NCBI RefSeq assembly: GCF_016903815.1
Contig: NZ_CP069973.1
Reading direction: 5' to 3' (one strand)
DNA from: Escherichia coli
GTDB taxonomy: Bacteria; Pseudomonadota; Gammaproteobacteria; Enterobacterales; Enterobacteriaceae
Length of the DNA stretch: 64,000 nt
Shown here in pieces: positions 20,200-30,021 of this stretch (positions within the stretch are counted from its first letter, which is position 1; each line of letters opens with the position of its first letter). The position numbers were made by a program, and so were the translations under genes. The notes under the pieces were generated by a model. It searched no databases, was not told the origin of the DNA, and worked only from the letters and a program-made list of their open reading frames with translations.

Positions 20200-20479
20200 T
20201 AAGTAACCTCGTGATGGTTTTCTCGCGCTGTGCTTCACGCTTCGCGGCGTTCTCCAGTTCCTGACGCAGTGCCACCTGCGCCAGCTCGTTTTTGTCTGCC
20301 CTGGTGATGGCAACATGAAGCTGATTTTTCAGCATGGTGATGGTCGTCTGCTGTTCACTGGCGACGTTATTCGCCCTGTCCAGCGAGGCGCGCAGGCTGG
20401 CATTTTTGTGTTTCACCAGAAACAGACCGGTCACCGCCAGCGATAACAACACGACCAGCACAATCATCAGCTTTGACAT
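20054..20479 (-). CDS. lysB: i-spanin (Rz-like) LysB
   Basis: 141 aa. N-terminal TM helix 'LMIVLVVLLSLAVTGLFLV' followed by coiled-coil. Confidence 0.88.
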   Translation of the reverse strand: MSKLMIVLVVLLSLAVTGLFLVKHKNASLRASLDRANNVASEQQTTITMLKNQLHVAITRADKNELAQVALRQELENAAKREAQREKTITRLLNENEDFRRWYGADLPDAVRRLHQRPACTDASDCRQRLPESEPLPDAGQ

Positions 20480-20892
20480 AGTTCCCGCCCCTCAAAACGC
20501 TGACGGCAGGCCGTACGTATCAGCCGGAAGAACACCGATACCACGAGATAAATCAGCGCGGTAAAAATCCACCCGGCAGCGACCAGCGAGATAAACGTCG
20601 CCACCATCACCACCAGAGCCGCCGCCCGTCTGCGCCACGGCACCGGCTGCAAAAACAGCGACGTGACGATCTTCACGGCCAGCGATTCCGGCGGCAGCTC
20701 CCGCCCGTAGCGTTCCAGCACATACTCCGTGGCATACACGCCGACACCACCGGCAACCACACAGATAACCGTCGCCAGAATCGCCCATGCAGCGACAAAA
20801 CTGACGGCCACGCTCTGCGGGTAAATCAGGGACAGTGCCAGCATCAGCGCCAGCGACACGTTCAGCATCAGTGAAAGGGATAATTTCTTCAT
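20467..20892 (-). CDS. lysA: Lysis-timing membrane protein LysA
   Basis: 141 aa. Multi-TM. P2 lysA position. Confidence 0.85.
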   Translation of the reverse strand: MKKLSLSLMLNVSLALMLALSLIYPQSVAVSFVAAWAILATVICVVAGGVGVYATEYVLERYGRELPPESLAVKIVTSLFLQPVPWRRRAAALVVMVATFISLVAAGWIFTALIYLVVSVFFRLIRTACRQRFEGRELCQS

Positions 20893-20906
20893 GGTGTTTA
20901 CTCCGT

Positions 20907-21404
20907 TTAAGCCGGTACGCCGCCAGCGGTACGCCAGACGGTGACCAGTTTTTCCAGTGAATGCTCACGCTGACCGTAACCGGCACCCGGCAGGGACGCC
21001 CAGATATTGCGACAGCGTAAAATGGCGCGCTCAATGCGTCCCGCCCGGATGTCATCCAGTGCACCGCGTTCGCGGATCAACTGAATGGCGAGCCTGTCCT
21101 GTGACAACGGACTGAAATCCGGCAGGGCAAGCTGTTTGCGGTAGTGCGGCCAGAACAGGTAAAGCTGCTGATAGCGACCGGAGGCCGTGGATTTTTCACC
21201 GCGACGGTTAAACACCTTCGCCGGTCGGCCATGCGCGAACGGGTGGTCACTGTAGTCGGTGAAAATTTCCGGCTTCCCGTCCAGTCCGGTGACTATCACG
21301 TCATAGCCCCGGTTTTTCGTCAGCGGATGATTCGCCGTCCCTTCGGACACCGCCAGCATGTCGAGAAAGGCAGCGATATTCTGATGCGTGTTAATTACCG
21401 GCAT
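20907..21404 (-). CDS. K: Endolysin K (lysozyme/transglycosylase family)
   Basis: 165 aa starting 'MPVINTHQNIAAFLDMLAVSEGT...', as in P2 gpK. Confidence 0.92.
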   Translation of the reverse strand: MPVINTHQNIAAFLDMLAVSEGTANHPLTKNRGYDVIVTGLDGKPEIFTDYSDHPFAHGRPAKVFNRRGEKSTASGRYQQLYLFWPHYRKQLALPDFSPLSQDRLAIQLIRERGALDDIRAGRIERAILRCRNIWASLPGAGYGQREHSLEKLVTVWRTAGGVPA

Positions 21405-21685
21405 TACGGTTTCCCCCTGCCCTTAAAGCGGCGCTGAATGGCAATCTCAATCACCTGATAACCGGCGATACCCAGCATGGAGCCGATGCCGCACACCGCA
21501 GGCAGTGACAGGTCAGGAAACTGCACCAGAACAACACCGGCAACCATCGAGACAAAACCACCGAGCAACATGCGCCCGATAAACAGACGCGGGGTGATGG
21601 GTTCACCACCGGCAAGCACCTTGCCGACAACAATCAGCACCCCAATCATGAAAAGCGACAGGACGCTTTTTTCTTCTGCTGTCAT
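21404..21685 (-). CDS. Y: Holin Y
   Basis: 93 aa. Three hydrophobic segments. Immediately upstream of K. Confidence 0.9.
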   Translation of the reverse strand: MTAEEKSVLSLFMIGVLIVVGKVLAGGEPITPRLFIGRMLLGGFVSMVAGVVLVQFPDLSLPAVCGIGSMLGIAGYQVIEIAIQRRFKGRGKP

Positions 21686-21688
21686 GCG

Positions 21689-21892
21689 TTACTCCCACAG
21701 ATTGACAGTTTCAGCCACGGGCGCGGTCTGAACGTCGGGCAGTTCGACGGCGGTGCCGTGTGGCAGCACCGCACCCAGTTCAGCCAGTCCCGGATTTGCG
21801 GCGAGCACGGTCTCAACCACGCCCTCAGTGCGCCCGTAATACCGGACACAAATGGCGTCGAGCGTGTCGCCCTGTAGCGCAAAGGTCTTCAT
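21689..21892 (-). CDS. X: Tail protein X (LysM-like)
   Basis: 67 aa from 'MKTFALQGDTLDAICVRYYGRTEGVVETVLAANPGLAELG...'. Its ATG overlaps the L stop (TGATG). Confidence 0.88.
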   Translation of the reverse strand: MKTFALQGDTLDAICVRYYGRTEGVVETVLAANPGLAELGAVLPHGTAVELPDVQTAPVAETVNLWE

Positions 21893-22401
21893 CAGATTTG
21901 ACTCACGATGCAGCGCGGCTTGTCCTGGATGCGCGCCACTGCCCAGCGCATATCCCGCCACAGTTCATCAATGGTGCTGTCAATGCTGTCGGCCTTCTTG
22001 TCGCCTTTCGCACTGGCATCCACGCCGCGATAACGCTCATAAAGCGACGCGGTCGCCATCGCACACACGGCGCGCTCGTAGTAAAAAACTTTGATGCTTT
22101 CACCGTCGATGTCGTCCGCCGGGACGTCAGCCAGACGCGAAAAACCGGCAGCAATTTTCTGTTCGCGGTACTCGTACAGCTCCGCATTCGTCTCCGCCAT
22201 GCCTGACTTGACGGCCTCACGCAGACGGGCGGGGGCGACAGTCTGCTCAAGGCGCATACGTTCCCGGACGCGCTTCGGGTCGATATCGGGAAAAAAGAAC
22301 GTGTTTTTAATCACCGGCTCGTCGCCTGCCGGTTGCGGGATGACCACCGTACCCTCACCGGACACGGGAGCCTCCTTTCGCGGAATAATCAGCGTCATCA
22401 T
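21892..22401 (-). CDS. L: Head completion protein L
   Basis: 169 aa from 'MMTLIIPRKEAPVSGEG...'. P2 gpL position. Confidence 0.88.
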   Translation of the reverse strand: MMTLIIPRKEAPVSGEGTVVIPQPAGDEPVIKNTFFFPDIDPKRVRERMRLEQTVAPARLREAVKSGMAETNAELYEYREQKIAAGFSRLADVPADDIDGESIKVFYYERAVCAMATASLYERYRGVDASAKGDKKADSIDSTIDELWRDMRWAVARIQDKPRCIVSQI

Positions 22402-22500
22402 GACTACCTCTGAAAAGTCGGGCGGTGGACGCCGGTGCAGTGTCAGGTGATTCACCCTCACTGACCGGCGTGCCGCCCTGGCGCGGGGCGCATTCGGTTG

Positions 22501-23244
22501 TTAACTGGCTTTCTTTTTCGGGCGTCCACGTTTTGCCGGTGTCGCACTCCGGGTCTTACGCGGGGCGCGGGTGGCCGCTTTTGGCTGTGGCTCCGGCTTC
22601 GGTTTCAGCTCCCGCTCCAGTCGTTCAATCTCTTTTTTGACGCCTGCCTGACAGTCGAGCTGTGTCGCACGTTGCAGGTGCGCCAGCGCACCGGCGGCAT
22701 CACCAGCGTCACGCAGAAACAGACCGGTGATTTTGTGCAGCTTTGCGCGCACTTCATCAGGCATGTCTGCCGTGGCGGTCAGTTCAAGGGTGTCCGTCAG
22801 CAGGCGGGTATCCACAGACTCACCGGCAGCGTGAGCGCGCATGGCCGCGAGCGCCACCTCCTCGGTGAACATGTACGGCGGGGTGCGGCGGTGTTTACCC
22901 GGCATGGTCAGACCGTACTTCAGGGCATAACGGGCAATCTCCAGCGCACCGGCAATATCGCCGGTATCCAGACGCCACAGCATGACCGTCATCAGAATGT
23001 CATCCTGTGCACCTTTGCCCTGCTCCAGCACGCCGTTCACCCACGGCAACCAGAACGGCAGCAGTTCGCGCTTTTTCGCGGCCTTAAGCTCTTTTGAATA
23101 AATCGCTTTCAGTGTGCGCTGGTCTGCGGCCAGCTTGACCAGCATCTGCTCATAGACAGTTGCATGTCGCAGCGGGGCGGCTTCCCGCTGCGCGGTCATC
23201 GCTGCCGAGACCCGCATCATGTGGCGCTGTGCGGGACTCGTCAT
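22501..23244 (-). CDS. M: Terminase small (endonuclease) subunit M
   Basis: 247 aa. P2 gpM position. Basic C-terminal tail. Confidence 0.9.
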   Translation of the reverse strand: MTSPAQRHMMRVSAAMTAQREAAPLRHATVYEQMLVKLAADQRTLKAIYSKELKAAKKRELLPFWLPWVNGVLEQGKGAQDDILMTVMLWRLDTGDIAGALEIARYALKYGLTMPGKHRRTPPYMFTEEVALAAMRAHAAGESVDTRLLTDTLELTATADMPDEVRAKLHKITGLFLRDAGDAAGALAHLQRATQLDCQAGVKKEIERLERELKPKPEPQPKAATRAPRKTRSATPAKRGRPKKKAS

Positions 23245-23247
23245 CGG

Positions 23248-24321
23248 TTACGCTCCCGGCTCTGCGGTCGCCTTAGCCGGTGTGGAGAAATCACCGACCT
23301 TAATTTTTTCCACCAGACAACCGGCGGCGTAGTCCTCCACCACGTAATCAATGTTCATTGACTCGTAGTTCTCCACGCGGTCGAGTTTCGGGTTTTCCTC
23401 AATCACGCGGCGATGGCTGTCATCCATGTAGTAGATGGACAGGTTTTCCAGCTTCGTGATGAGCATTGCATCCGCCGGGAAGTACGGGACGCGTACCGCT
23501 GGCAGGTTGCCGATGCGTTTCTGGCTGATGATGACGTCAGCGGCCAGCGTTTCGCTGTTGTCCTGCTCCTTGTTGACGATGGGAAAATACTTGTCCGCCA
23601 GTAGCTGACGTCCCACAATCACCACAAGGTCAGGGTCTTCCTGATACCACGGCTCAATCAGGTTGTTGGTCGCATCCATCACCAGTGCATCAAGGCTGGC
23701 ATAATCACCGCCCTTACCCACGCGGATAACCTCAGAGGTGGTGCGGCCTTCCTCGTCAGTGACCTTGCTCATCACGCGCGCCGGGGCTTCATTGCGGTAT
23801 TTCTGCAGCCAGCCGACCGCCACATCCTGCAGCATCGGATTACTGTTGCGGTCAGAGGTTTCGGCACGCTTCACGCCGTTAAAACCGGCCATGATGAAAT
23901 CAAGGGACTGGCGTTTGATAATGGCGTTACGGACACGGAGCTGGAAATCCTGATAACGCGCCCACAGGTCCAGCGTTTTGTAGCGGATATAAAAATCGAA
24001 GTTAATCTGGTCGCATTCGTACTTGTTTGACGCCAGCTTCGAGAAGTCCTTCGGCTGACGCTCGGTGCCACCGGCGGTATCGGTGGTGCTGGCGATGGAG
24101 CCGGTGACACCGATGCCAATTTTTTCCCCTTTCATTTCGCTGACCGGCACAATGTTGATGCGGGTCAGGAAATCAGAGGACTCCTGCATGGTGTTCATCA
24201 GGGTCTGGGTGACCGAAGGTTCAACGGTGAATTTTTTCGACACATCACCGGCGTCGATGCCGTTCAGTTCGGCAACACGGGACAGGTAGGCATTAAATTT
24301 AAAGCGGGTTTCCTGGCGCAT
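23248..24321 (-). CDS. N: Major capsid protein N
   Basis: 357 aa starting 'MRQETRFKFNAYLSRVAELNGIDAGDVSKKFTVEPSVTQ...', as in P2 gpN. Confidence 0.94.
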   Translation of the reverse strand: MRQETRFKFNAYLSRVAELNGIDAGDVSKKFTVEPSVTQTLMNTMQESSDFLTRINIVPVSEMKGEKIGIGVTGSIASTTDTAGGTERQPKDFSKLASNKYECDQINFDFYIRYKTLDLWARYQDFQLRVRNAIIKRQSLDFIMAGFNGVKRAETSDRNSNPMLQDVAVGWLQKYRNEAPARVMSKVTDEEGRTTSEVIRVGKGGDYASLDALVMDATNNLIEPWYQEDPDLVVIVGRQLLADKYFPIVNKEQDNSETLAADVIISQKRIGNLPAVRVPYFPADAMLITKLENLSIYYMDDSHRRVIEENPKLDRVENYESMNIDYVVEDYAAGCLVEKIKVGDFSTPAKATAEPGA

Positions 24322-24375
24322 AGTTATTCCTGAAATTAAGGGTTAATCGTGAAGGTTTTCCCGGACTGCCCCCGG

Positions 24376-25230
24376 TCAGCAGTTCGTCATCAGGGCGTCA
24401 CCGCCACCGCCGGTGGCCTTGCTGCGGCGCTGCTGGGTCAGACTTTCGGTGTGGTCGAGACTGTTTTTCAGGCGGCTGAATGCCTGACTGGTTTCATCCG
24501 CCCTGTCAGTCACCTCCTGCTTAAGAGCGGAAAAGGCAGTTTCCATCTCAGCGAGGCGCTGCTCAGTGGCGCTCAGTTTTTCCTGCACATGTTCAGCAAC
24601 AGCGGTCACCGCTTCATGCACGTCATTCAGACGGGCGTCATCGCTGGCCTGTTTGCGGCCAAAAATGGATTTCACCTTTTCGGTCAGGGCGGTAAACACG
24701 GTTTCAGGCAGGTCTTCAAATTCCAGCTCAACAGGCGTTGCCACTGAAATCAGGTTTTCAGGGCTTAATTTGAAGCGGTTCAGGGGGTTGTGTTTTGCCG
24801 TGCGGCAGAATTCCAGGTATTCCGTGCCGAGGCTTGCCGGGTCATCGGTGACGGCCAGACCCACCAGATAACATTTGCCGGTGTTGGCAAAGTTCGGCTG
24901 AATTTCCATTGAGGTATAGACCTTCTGCGCGGCCTTGTTCATCGCGATAAGGTCATCGGTCGGGGTGATTTTCGCAAACAGCGCCCATTTGCCTTTCAGC
25001 GCCGAATCATCGTCAATCTTTTCGGCCTTCAGTTCGGCCACATCGCCATAACGTTTAAAAATACCGTCAGGCAGGATGCCGCGCAGATGTTCCAGGTTAA
25101 TGCGGCAACCATAGACACGCGGGTCAAAGGTTTCGGCCATTTCCTGAATATCCTGCGCACTGATGACACGCCCGTCACAGGTGTCACCCTCAACGCCGAT
25201 ACGAAAGAATTTTGAGACTTTTTTTGCCAT
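24376..25230 (-). CDS. O: Capsid scaffolding protein/protease O
   Basis: 284 aa from 'MAKKVSKFFRIGVEGDTCDGRVISAQDIQEMAETFDP...'. P2 gpO. Confidence 0.92.
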   Translation of the reverse strand: MAKKVSKFFRIGVEGDTCDGRVISAQDIQEMAETFDPRVYGCRINLEHLRGILPDGIFKRYGDVAELKAEKIDDDSALKGKWALFAKITPTDDLIAMNKAAQKVYTSMEIQPNFANTGKCYLVGLAVTDDPASLGTEYLEFCRTAKHNPLNRFKLSPENLISVATPVELEFEDLPETVFTALTEKVKSIFGRKQASDDARLNDVHEAVTAVAEHVQEKLSATEQRLAEMETAFSALKQEVTDRADETSQAFSRLKNSLDHTESLTQQRRSKATGGGGDALMTNC

Positions 25231-25403
25231 TGTCAGGAGTCCTGAATAGTGATTAGAGGAGTCACATGTCGGCATCAGTTTCCCGACGATGCGCATCCTC
25301 CGCCATCAGTCCCGGATGGCTTATCACTGACACAACAGCACCTTAGCGAATCGCGGGGCGCGACTCAGTAGCCTTGCCGTGTATTCATCACGGCGAGGTA
25401 TTC

Positions 25404-27176
25404 ATGACCATCACCACAGACACCACTCTTTTACACGACCCGCGTCGTCAGGCGGCGCTGCTGTACTGGCAGGGGTTTTCCGTGCCGCAGATTGCCGCCA
25501 TGTTGCAGATGAAACGCCCGACGGTGCAGAGCTGGAAACAGCGCGACGGCTGGGACAGCGTTGCCCCCATCAGCCGTGTCGAAATGAGTCTGGAAGCGCG
25601 GCTGACCCAGCTCATCATCAAACCGCAGAAAACCGGCGGTGACTTCAAGGAAATTGACCTGCTGGGACGCCAGATTGAACGACTGGCACGGGTCAACCGT
25701 TACAGCCAGACCGGCAACGAGGCAGACCTTAATCCGAACGTCGCTAACCGCAACAAAGGCGGGCGGCGCAAACCGAAAAAGAATTTTTTCAGTGACGAGG
25801 CCATCGAAAAGCTGGAGCAGATTTTCTTTGAGCAGTCTTTCGACTATCAGTTGCACTGGTATCGCGCCGGGCTTGAGCACCGCATCCGCGATATCCTGAA
25901 ATCCCGCCAGATTGGCGCAACGTTTTATTTTTCCCGCGAGGCGCTGCTGCGCGCCCTGAAAACCGGTCATAACCAGATTTTTCTGTCGGCCAGTAAAACG
26001 CAGGCGTATGTGTTCCGCGAATACATCATCGCCTTTGCCCGGCTGGTTGACGTTGACCTGACCGGTGACCCGATTGTCCTGGGCAATAACGGCGCAAAAC
26101 TGATTTTTCTCGGCACCAACTCCAACACCGCACAGAGCCATAACGGCGACCTGTACGTCGACGAGATTTTCTGGATCCCGAATTTTCAGGTACTGCGTAA
26201 GGTGGCATCAGGTATGGCCTCACAGAGTCACCTGCGCTCGACCTATTTCTCCACCCCGTCCACGCTGGCGCACGACGCCTACCCGTTCTGGTCGGGTGAA
26301 CTGTTCAACCGGGGACGCGCCAGCGCCGCCGAACGCGTGGAAATCGACGTCAGTCATAACGCCCTTGCCGGTGGGCTTCTCTGTGCGGACGGCCAGTGGC
26401 GACAGATTGTCACCATTGAGGACGCCCTGAAAGGCGGCTGCACGCTGTTCGACATTGAGCAGCTCAAACGCGAAAACAGCGCCGACGATTTTAAAAACCT
26501 GTTCATGTGTGAATTTGTTGACGACAAGGCATCGGTGTTCCCGTTCGAGGAGCTGCAACGCTGCATGGTCGACACGCTGGAAGAATGGGAAGACTATGCA
26601 CCGTTTGCCGCCAATCCGTTCGGCTCCCGCCCGGTATGGATTGGTTACGACCCGTCACACCGTGGCGACAGCGCCGGATGCGTGGTGCTGGCACCGCCGG
26701 TGGTGGCCGGTGGCAAATTCAGAATACTTGAGCGTCACCAGTGGAAAGGCATGGACTTTGCCACCCAGGCTGAATCCATCCGCAAACTCACCGAAAAATA
26801 CAACGTCGAATACATCGGAATTGATGCCACCGGCCTCGGTGTCGGCGTGTTCCAGCTCGTGCGCTCGTTCTATCCCGCCGCGCGCGACATCCGCTACACG
26901 CCGGAAATGAAAACCGCAATGGTGCTCAAGGCCAAAGACGTTATCCGCCGTGGCTGTCTGGAATATGACGTCAGCGCCACCGACATCACCAGCTCGTTTA
27001 TGGCTATCCGCAAGACCATGACCAGCAGCGGACGCAGTGCCACCTATGAAGCCAGCCGCAGCGAGGAAGCCAGCCACGCCGACCTCGCCTGGGCGACCAT
27101 GCACGCCCTGTTAAATGAGCCACTCACCGCCGGTATCAGCACCCCGCTGACATCCACCATTCTGGAGTTTTACTGA
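25404..27176 (+). CDS. P: Terminase large (ATPase) subunit P
   Basis: 590 aa from 'MTITTDTTLLHDPRRQAALLYWQGFSVPQIA...'. Divergent from O, as in P2. Confidence 0.94.
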   Translation: MTITTDTTLLHDPRRQAALLYWQGFSVPQIAAMLQMKRPTVQSWKQRDGWDSVAPISRVEMSLEARLTQLIIKPQKTGGDFKEIDLLGRQIERLARVNRYSQTGNEADLNPNVANRNKGGRRKPKKNFFSDEAIEKLEQIFFEQSFDYQLHWYRAGLEHRIRDILKSRQIGATFYFSREALLRALKTGHNQIFLSASKTQAYVFREYIIAFARLVDVDLTGDPIVLGNNGAKLIFLGTNSNTAQSHNGDLYVDEIFWIPNFQVLRKVASGMASQSHLRSTYFSTPSTLAHDAYPFWSGELFNRGRASAAERVEIDVSHNALAGGLLCADGQWRQIVTIEDALKGGCTLFDIEQLKRENSADDFKNLFMCEFVDDKASVFPFEELQRCMVDTLEEWEDYAPFAANPFGSRPVWIGYDPSHRGDSAGCVVLAPPVVAGGKFRILERHQWKGMDFATQAESIRKLTEKYNVEYIGIDATGLGVGVFQLVRSFYPAARDIRYTPEMKTAMVLKAKDVIRRGCLEYDVSATDITSSFMAIRKTMTSSGRSATYEASRSEEASHADLAWATMHALLNEPLTAGISTPLTSTILEFY

Positions 27177-28210
27177 TGAGCAAGAAAAAAGGGAAAACAC
27201 CGCAACCTGCGGCAAAAACAATGACCGCCAGCGCCCCGAAAATGGAGGCATTCACCTTTGGTGAGCCGGTGCCGGTACTCGACCGCCGTGACATTCTGGA
27301 TTACGTTGAGTGCATCAGTAACGGCAGATGGTATGAGCCACCGGTCAGCTTTACCGGTCTGGCAAAAAGCCTGCGTGCTGCCGTGCATCACAGCTCACCG
27401 ATTTACGTCAAACGTAATATTCTGGCCTCGACATTTATCCCGCATCCGTGGCTTTCCCAGCAGGATTTCAGCCGCTTTGTGCTGGATTTTCTGGTGTTCG
27501 GTAATGCATTTCTGGAAAAGCGTTACAGCACCACCGGTAAGGTCATCAGACTGGAAATCTCACCGGCAAAATATACCCGCCGTGGCGTGGAGGAGGATGT
27601 TTACTGGTGGGTGCCGTCCTTCAACGAGCCGACAGCCTTCGCGCCCGGTTCCGTGTTTCACCTGCTGGAGCCGGATATTAATCAGGAGCTGTACGGCCTG
27701 CCGGAATATCTCAGCGCCCTTAACTCTGCCTGGCTGAATGAGTCGGCCACGCTGTTCCGCCGCAAGTATTACGAAAACGGCGCTCATGCCGGATACATCA
27801 TGTACGTCACTGATGCCGTGCAGGATCGCAACGATATCGAAATGCTTCGCGAAAACATGGTTAAGTCGAAAGGCCGCAATAACTTTAAAAATCTGTTTCT
27901 CTATGCCCCGCAGGGGAAAGCCGACGGCATTAAAATTATCCCGCTCAGTGAAGTGGCGACGAAGGACGATTTTTTTAATATCAAAAAAGCCAGCGCCGCA
28001 GACCTGCTGGACGCGCACCGCATCCCCTTTCAGTTGATGGGCGGCAAGCCGGAGAACGTCGGGTCGCTGGGTGATATTGAGAAAGTGGCAAAGGTCTTTG
28101 TCCGCAATGAGCTTATCCCGCTACAGGACAGGATCCGCGAGATAAACGGCTGGCTCGGTCAGGAGGTCATCCGCTTTAAAAACTACTCACTGGACACTGA
28201 CAACGACTGA
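27176..28210 (+). CDS. Q: Portal protein Q
   Basis: 344 aa. Start overlaps the P stop. P2 gpQ. Confidence 0.94.
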   Translation: MSKKKGKTPQPAAKTMTASAPKMEAFTFGEPVPVLDRRDILDYVECISNGRWYEPPVSFTGLAKSLRAAVHHSSPIYVKRNILASTFIPHPWLSQQDFSRFVLDFLVFGNAFLEKRYSTTGKVIRLEISPAKYTRRGVEEDVYWWVPSFNEPTAFAPGSVFHLLEPDINQELYGLPEYLSALNSAWLNESATLFRRKYYENGAHAGYIMYVTDAVQDRNDIEMLRENMVKSKGRNNFKNLFLYAPQGKADGIKIIPLSEVATKDDFFNIKKASAADLLDAHRIPFQLMGGKPENVGSLGDIEKVAKVFVRNELIPLQDRIREINGWLGQEVIRFKNYSLDTDND

Positions 28211-28215
28211 ACATC

Positions 28216-28237
28216 GCCGCCTGCGGGCGGCTTTTTT
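28216..28237 (+). terminator. Intrinsic terminator after Q
   Basis: GCCGCCTGCGGGCGGC hairpin followed by TTTTTT. Confidence 0.85.
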
Positions 28238-28379
28238 ACATCCCGTCATCACGCCCTCACACGCTCACCACCGCACAAAACACCCCTTAGACACACCAAC
28301 GCCCCGACGCACAATCTAAACGCCATCACGACGCGCTCAGACGCTGAAAAAATAAAATCAGCACCACCGCCAGCGCGCA

Positions 28380-28398
28380 GTGCTTTCCCCGCCTCGCC
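28380..28398 (-). other. cos site (19-nt cohesive end of P2/186 type)
   Basis: The minus strand reads GGCGAGGCGGGGAAAGCAC, the P2 cohesive-end sequence as I recall it. The flanking 170 nt towards Q also resemble the start of the P2 genome. Confidence 0.8.
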
Positions 28399-28596
28399 CG
28401 CCCGCTTCATGAGACGGTTTTGATGCAGTCGCATTTGTCTTGAAAACCAAGTAACTAGACGGCTATCAGTCATAGACAGGCAGCTTTTTTTTTCATACAT
28501 TTTGTATGCAAAATCATGCACGCCTAATCAAGACGAATCTTCGTTCACAGCCATTATGCATGAATGCGAAAATTACTGTTCGAAAAAGGATAATTT

Positions 28597-30021
28597 ATGG
28601 TTTCGTCAAACGTCAAAATAGCAGCATTTCCAGCAAAAAGATTCTTTGTTGAGATGCTCACCCGAGATATTGAGTTGTCTGACTCAATTCTAGATTTACT
28701 AGATAACTGCCTAGATGGTGTATTAAGAAAAAACAATTTCACTCCAGAGCAAACCTTCGGTAAATCAGACGTTTACAAGGGTTACTATGCTCATATTGAA
28801 TTTGATGAGAATAGTTTCAGAATAACTGATAATTGCGGAGGTATTCCAGCAAAACTTGCGGAAAGCTATGCGTTTAGGTTGGGTAGACCTGCAGAACGTG
28901 AGGCGGATGATCTCCCGACAATTGGTGTATATGGTATCGGAATGAAACGAGCGATTTTCAAAATGGGGACATCTGCTCAGATTTTAAGCAAAACTGAAAA
29001 CGAACAATTTTCAGTTACCATTTCTCCTGAATGGATGGCTGATGATGAAAACTGGTCTTTGGAGTTAGAGCGAAATAATGTTGACTTAAACGAAACAGGC
29101 GTCAGCATCCAAATTAACAATTTAAGGAAAGATATTAAAGCATCCCTATCAAAGGATCGTGGCTTTGAAGAAGTTTTGATTAATATCATAGCAAATCATT
29201 ATAGTTTAATCATTAAAAAAGGGTTTGAGGTTAAAGTAAATGGATGTATTGTTAAGCCAAATAGCACCAATTTAATATTTGATGAAGAAGCCATTAAAGG
29301 CAATACCGACGGCATTGCTCCTTATGTATATAAAAATAATTCAAATGGAGTTTCAATTAAAGTTGCAGTTGGATTTTATCGTAACTTGCCTAGTGAGGAA
29401 GAAGAAGAGAATTTATTATCAGGCCGTTCCACAACAGAAAAAGCTGGTTGGACAATTATATGCAATGATCGTGTAGTCCTACATGCGGATAAAACCAAGC
29501 TTACAGGTTGGGGAGAAGCTGGAGTTCCACAATATCATACTCAATTCATCGGAATTTCTGGTGTTGTTATTTTCACATCATCAAATGCTGAATTACTACC
29601 TATCACTACAACTAAACGAGGTGTTGATGGTAACTCTGAGCTATATCTTTCTACTAAAGATTTTATGCGCGAGGGTTTAAAATTCTTCACGGACTTTACC
29701 AACAAATGGAAAAGTAACGCAGAGGAAAGAAAGCAAATTATTAATACTGCATCCAATATGGTTTCAACAACTGAGGTCGACTTTACTAAATCAATTCCTA
29801 GAGAAAACTGGTCGAACGTTCGACGTTCAATAGGAGGAGAAGTTTTCAAACCGAAGCTACCAATGCCTCGGGATTCGGATCCATTACGTCAGATAAAATT
29901 TAGCCGTAGACATAGTGAAATAAAACTGGTGTCAGAGTTTCTCTTTGATGATGCAACTCAACCACCAACAGAGGTTGGTCAATATTGTTTTGATGAATTT
30001 CTAAAAAAGGCTAAACAATGA
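28597..30021 (+). CDS. GHKL-superfamily (MORC/MutL-like, HATPase_c_3-type) ATPase, cargo gene 1
   Basis: 474 aa. ATG is preceded by AAGGA. Bergerat-fold motifs occur in order: N-box 'ILDLLDNCLDG', G1 'RITDNCGGIP', G2 'IGVYGIGMKRAIFKMG'. The C-terminal ~330 aa is unassigned. AT-rich. Confidence 0.8.
   Translation: MVSSNVKIAAFPAKRFFVEMLTRDIELSDSILDLLDNCLDGVLRKNNFTPEQTFGKSDVYKGYYAHIEFDENSFRITDNCGGIPAKLAESYAFRLGRPAEREADDLPTIGVYGIGMKRAIFKMGTSAQILSKTENEQFSVTISPEWMADDENWSLELERNNVDLNETGVSIQINNLRKDIKASLSKDRGFEEVLINIIANHYSLIIKKGFEVKVNGCIVKPNSTNLIFDEEAIKGNTDGIAPYVYKNNSNGVSIKVAVGFYRNLPSEEEEENLLSGRSTTEKAGWTIICNDRVVLHADKTKLTGWGEAGVPQYHTQFIGISGVVIFTSSNAELLPITTTKRGVDGNSELYLSTKDFMREGLKFFTDFTNKWKSNAEERKQIINTASNMVSTTEVDFTKSIPRENWSNVRRSIGGEVFKPKLPMPRDSDPLRQIKFSRRHSEIKLVSEFLFDDATQPPTEVGQYCFDEFLKKAKQ

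Noticed and set aside
20492-21064. 190-aa minus-strand ORF overlapping lysA and K out of frame
   Set aside because: It is a shadow ORF in a GC-rich region. The lysA and K frames give recognisable P2 proteins, while this frame gives Arg/Gly/Cys-rich low-complexity sequence.
25231-25403. Searched the O/P divergent region for the Ogr-responsive TGT-N12-ACA late-promoter dyad
   Set aside because: I found no exact TGT-N12-ACA by eye, so I do not report late promoters. They almost certainly exist here and upstream of V and FI, but I cannot place them.
28249-28521. 90-aa minus-strand ORF spanning the region between Q and the cargo cassette
   Set aside because: It runs straight through the cos site and the conserved non-coding cos flank of P2. 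It has no SD and an odd composition, so it is most likely non-coding.
28399-28596. Small palindromes (CATACATTTTGTATG, TGCAAAATCATGCA) and possible -35/-10 hexamers upstream of the GHKL ATPase gene
   Set aside because: Several weak alternatives exist (for example TTGTAT-N17-TAATCA) and none is convincing without TSS data. I noted them only as a place to look for cassette regulation.
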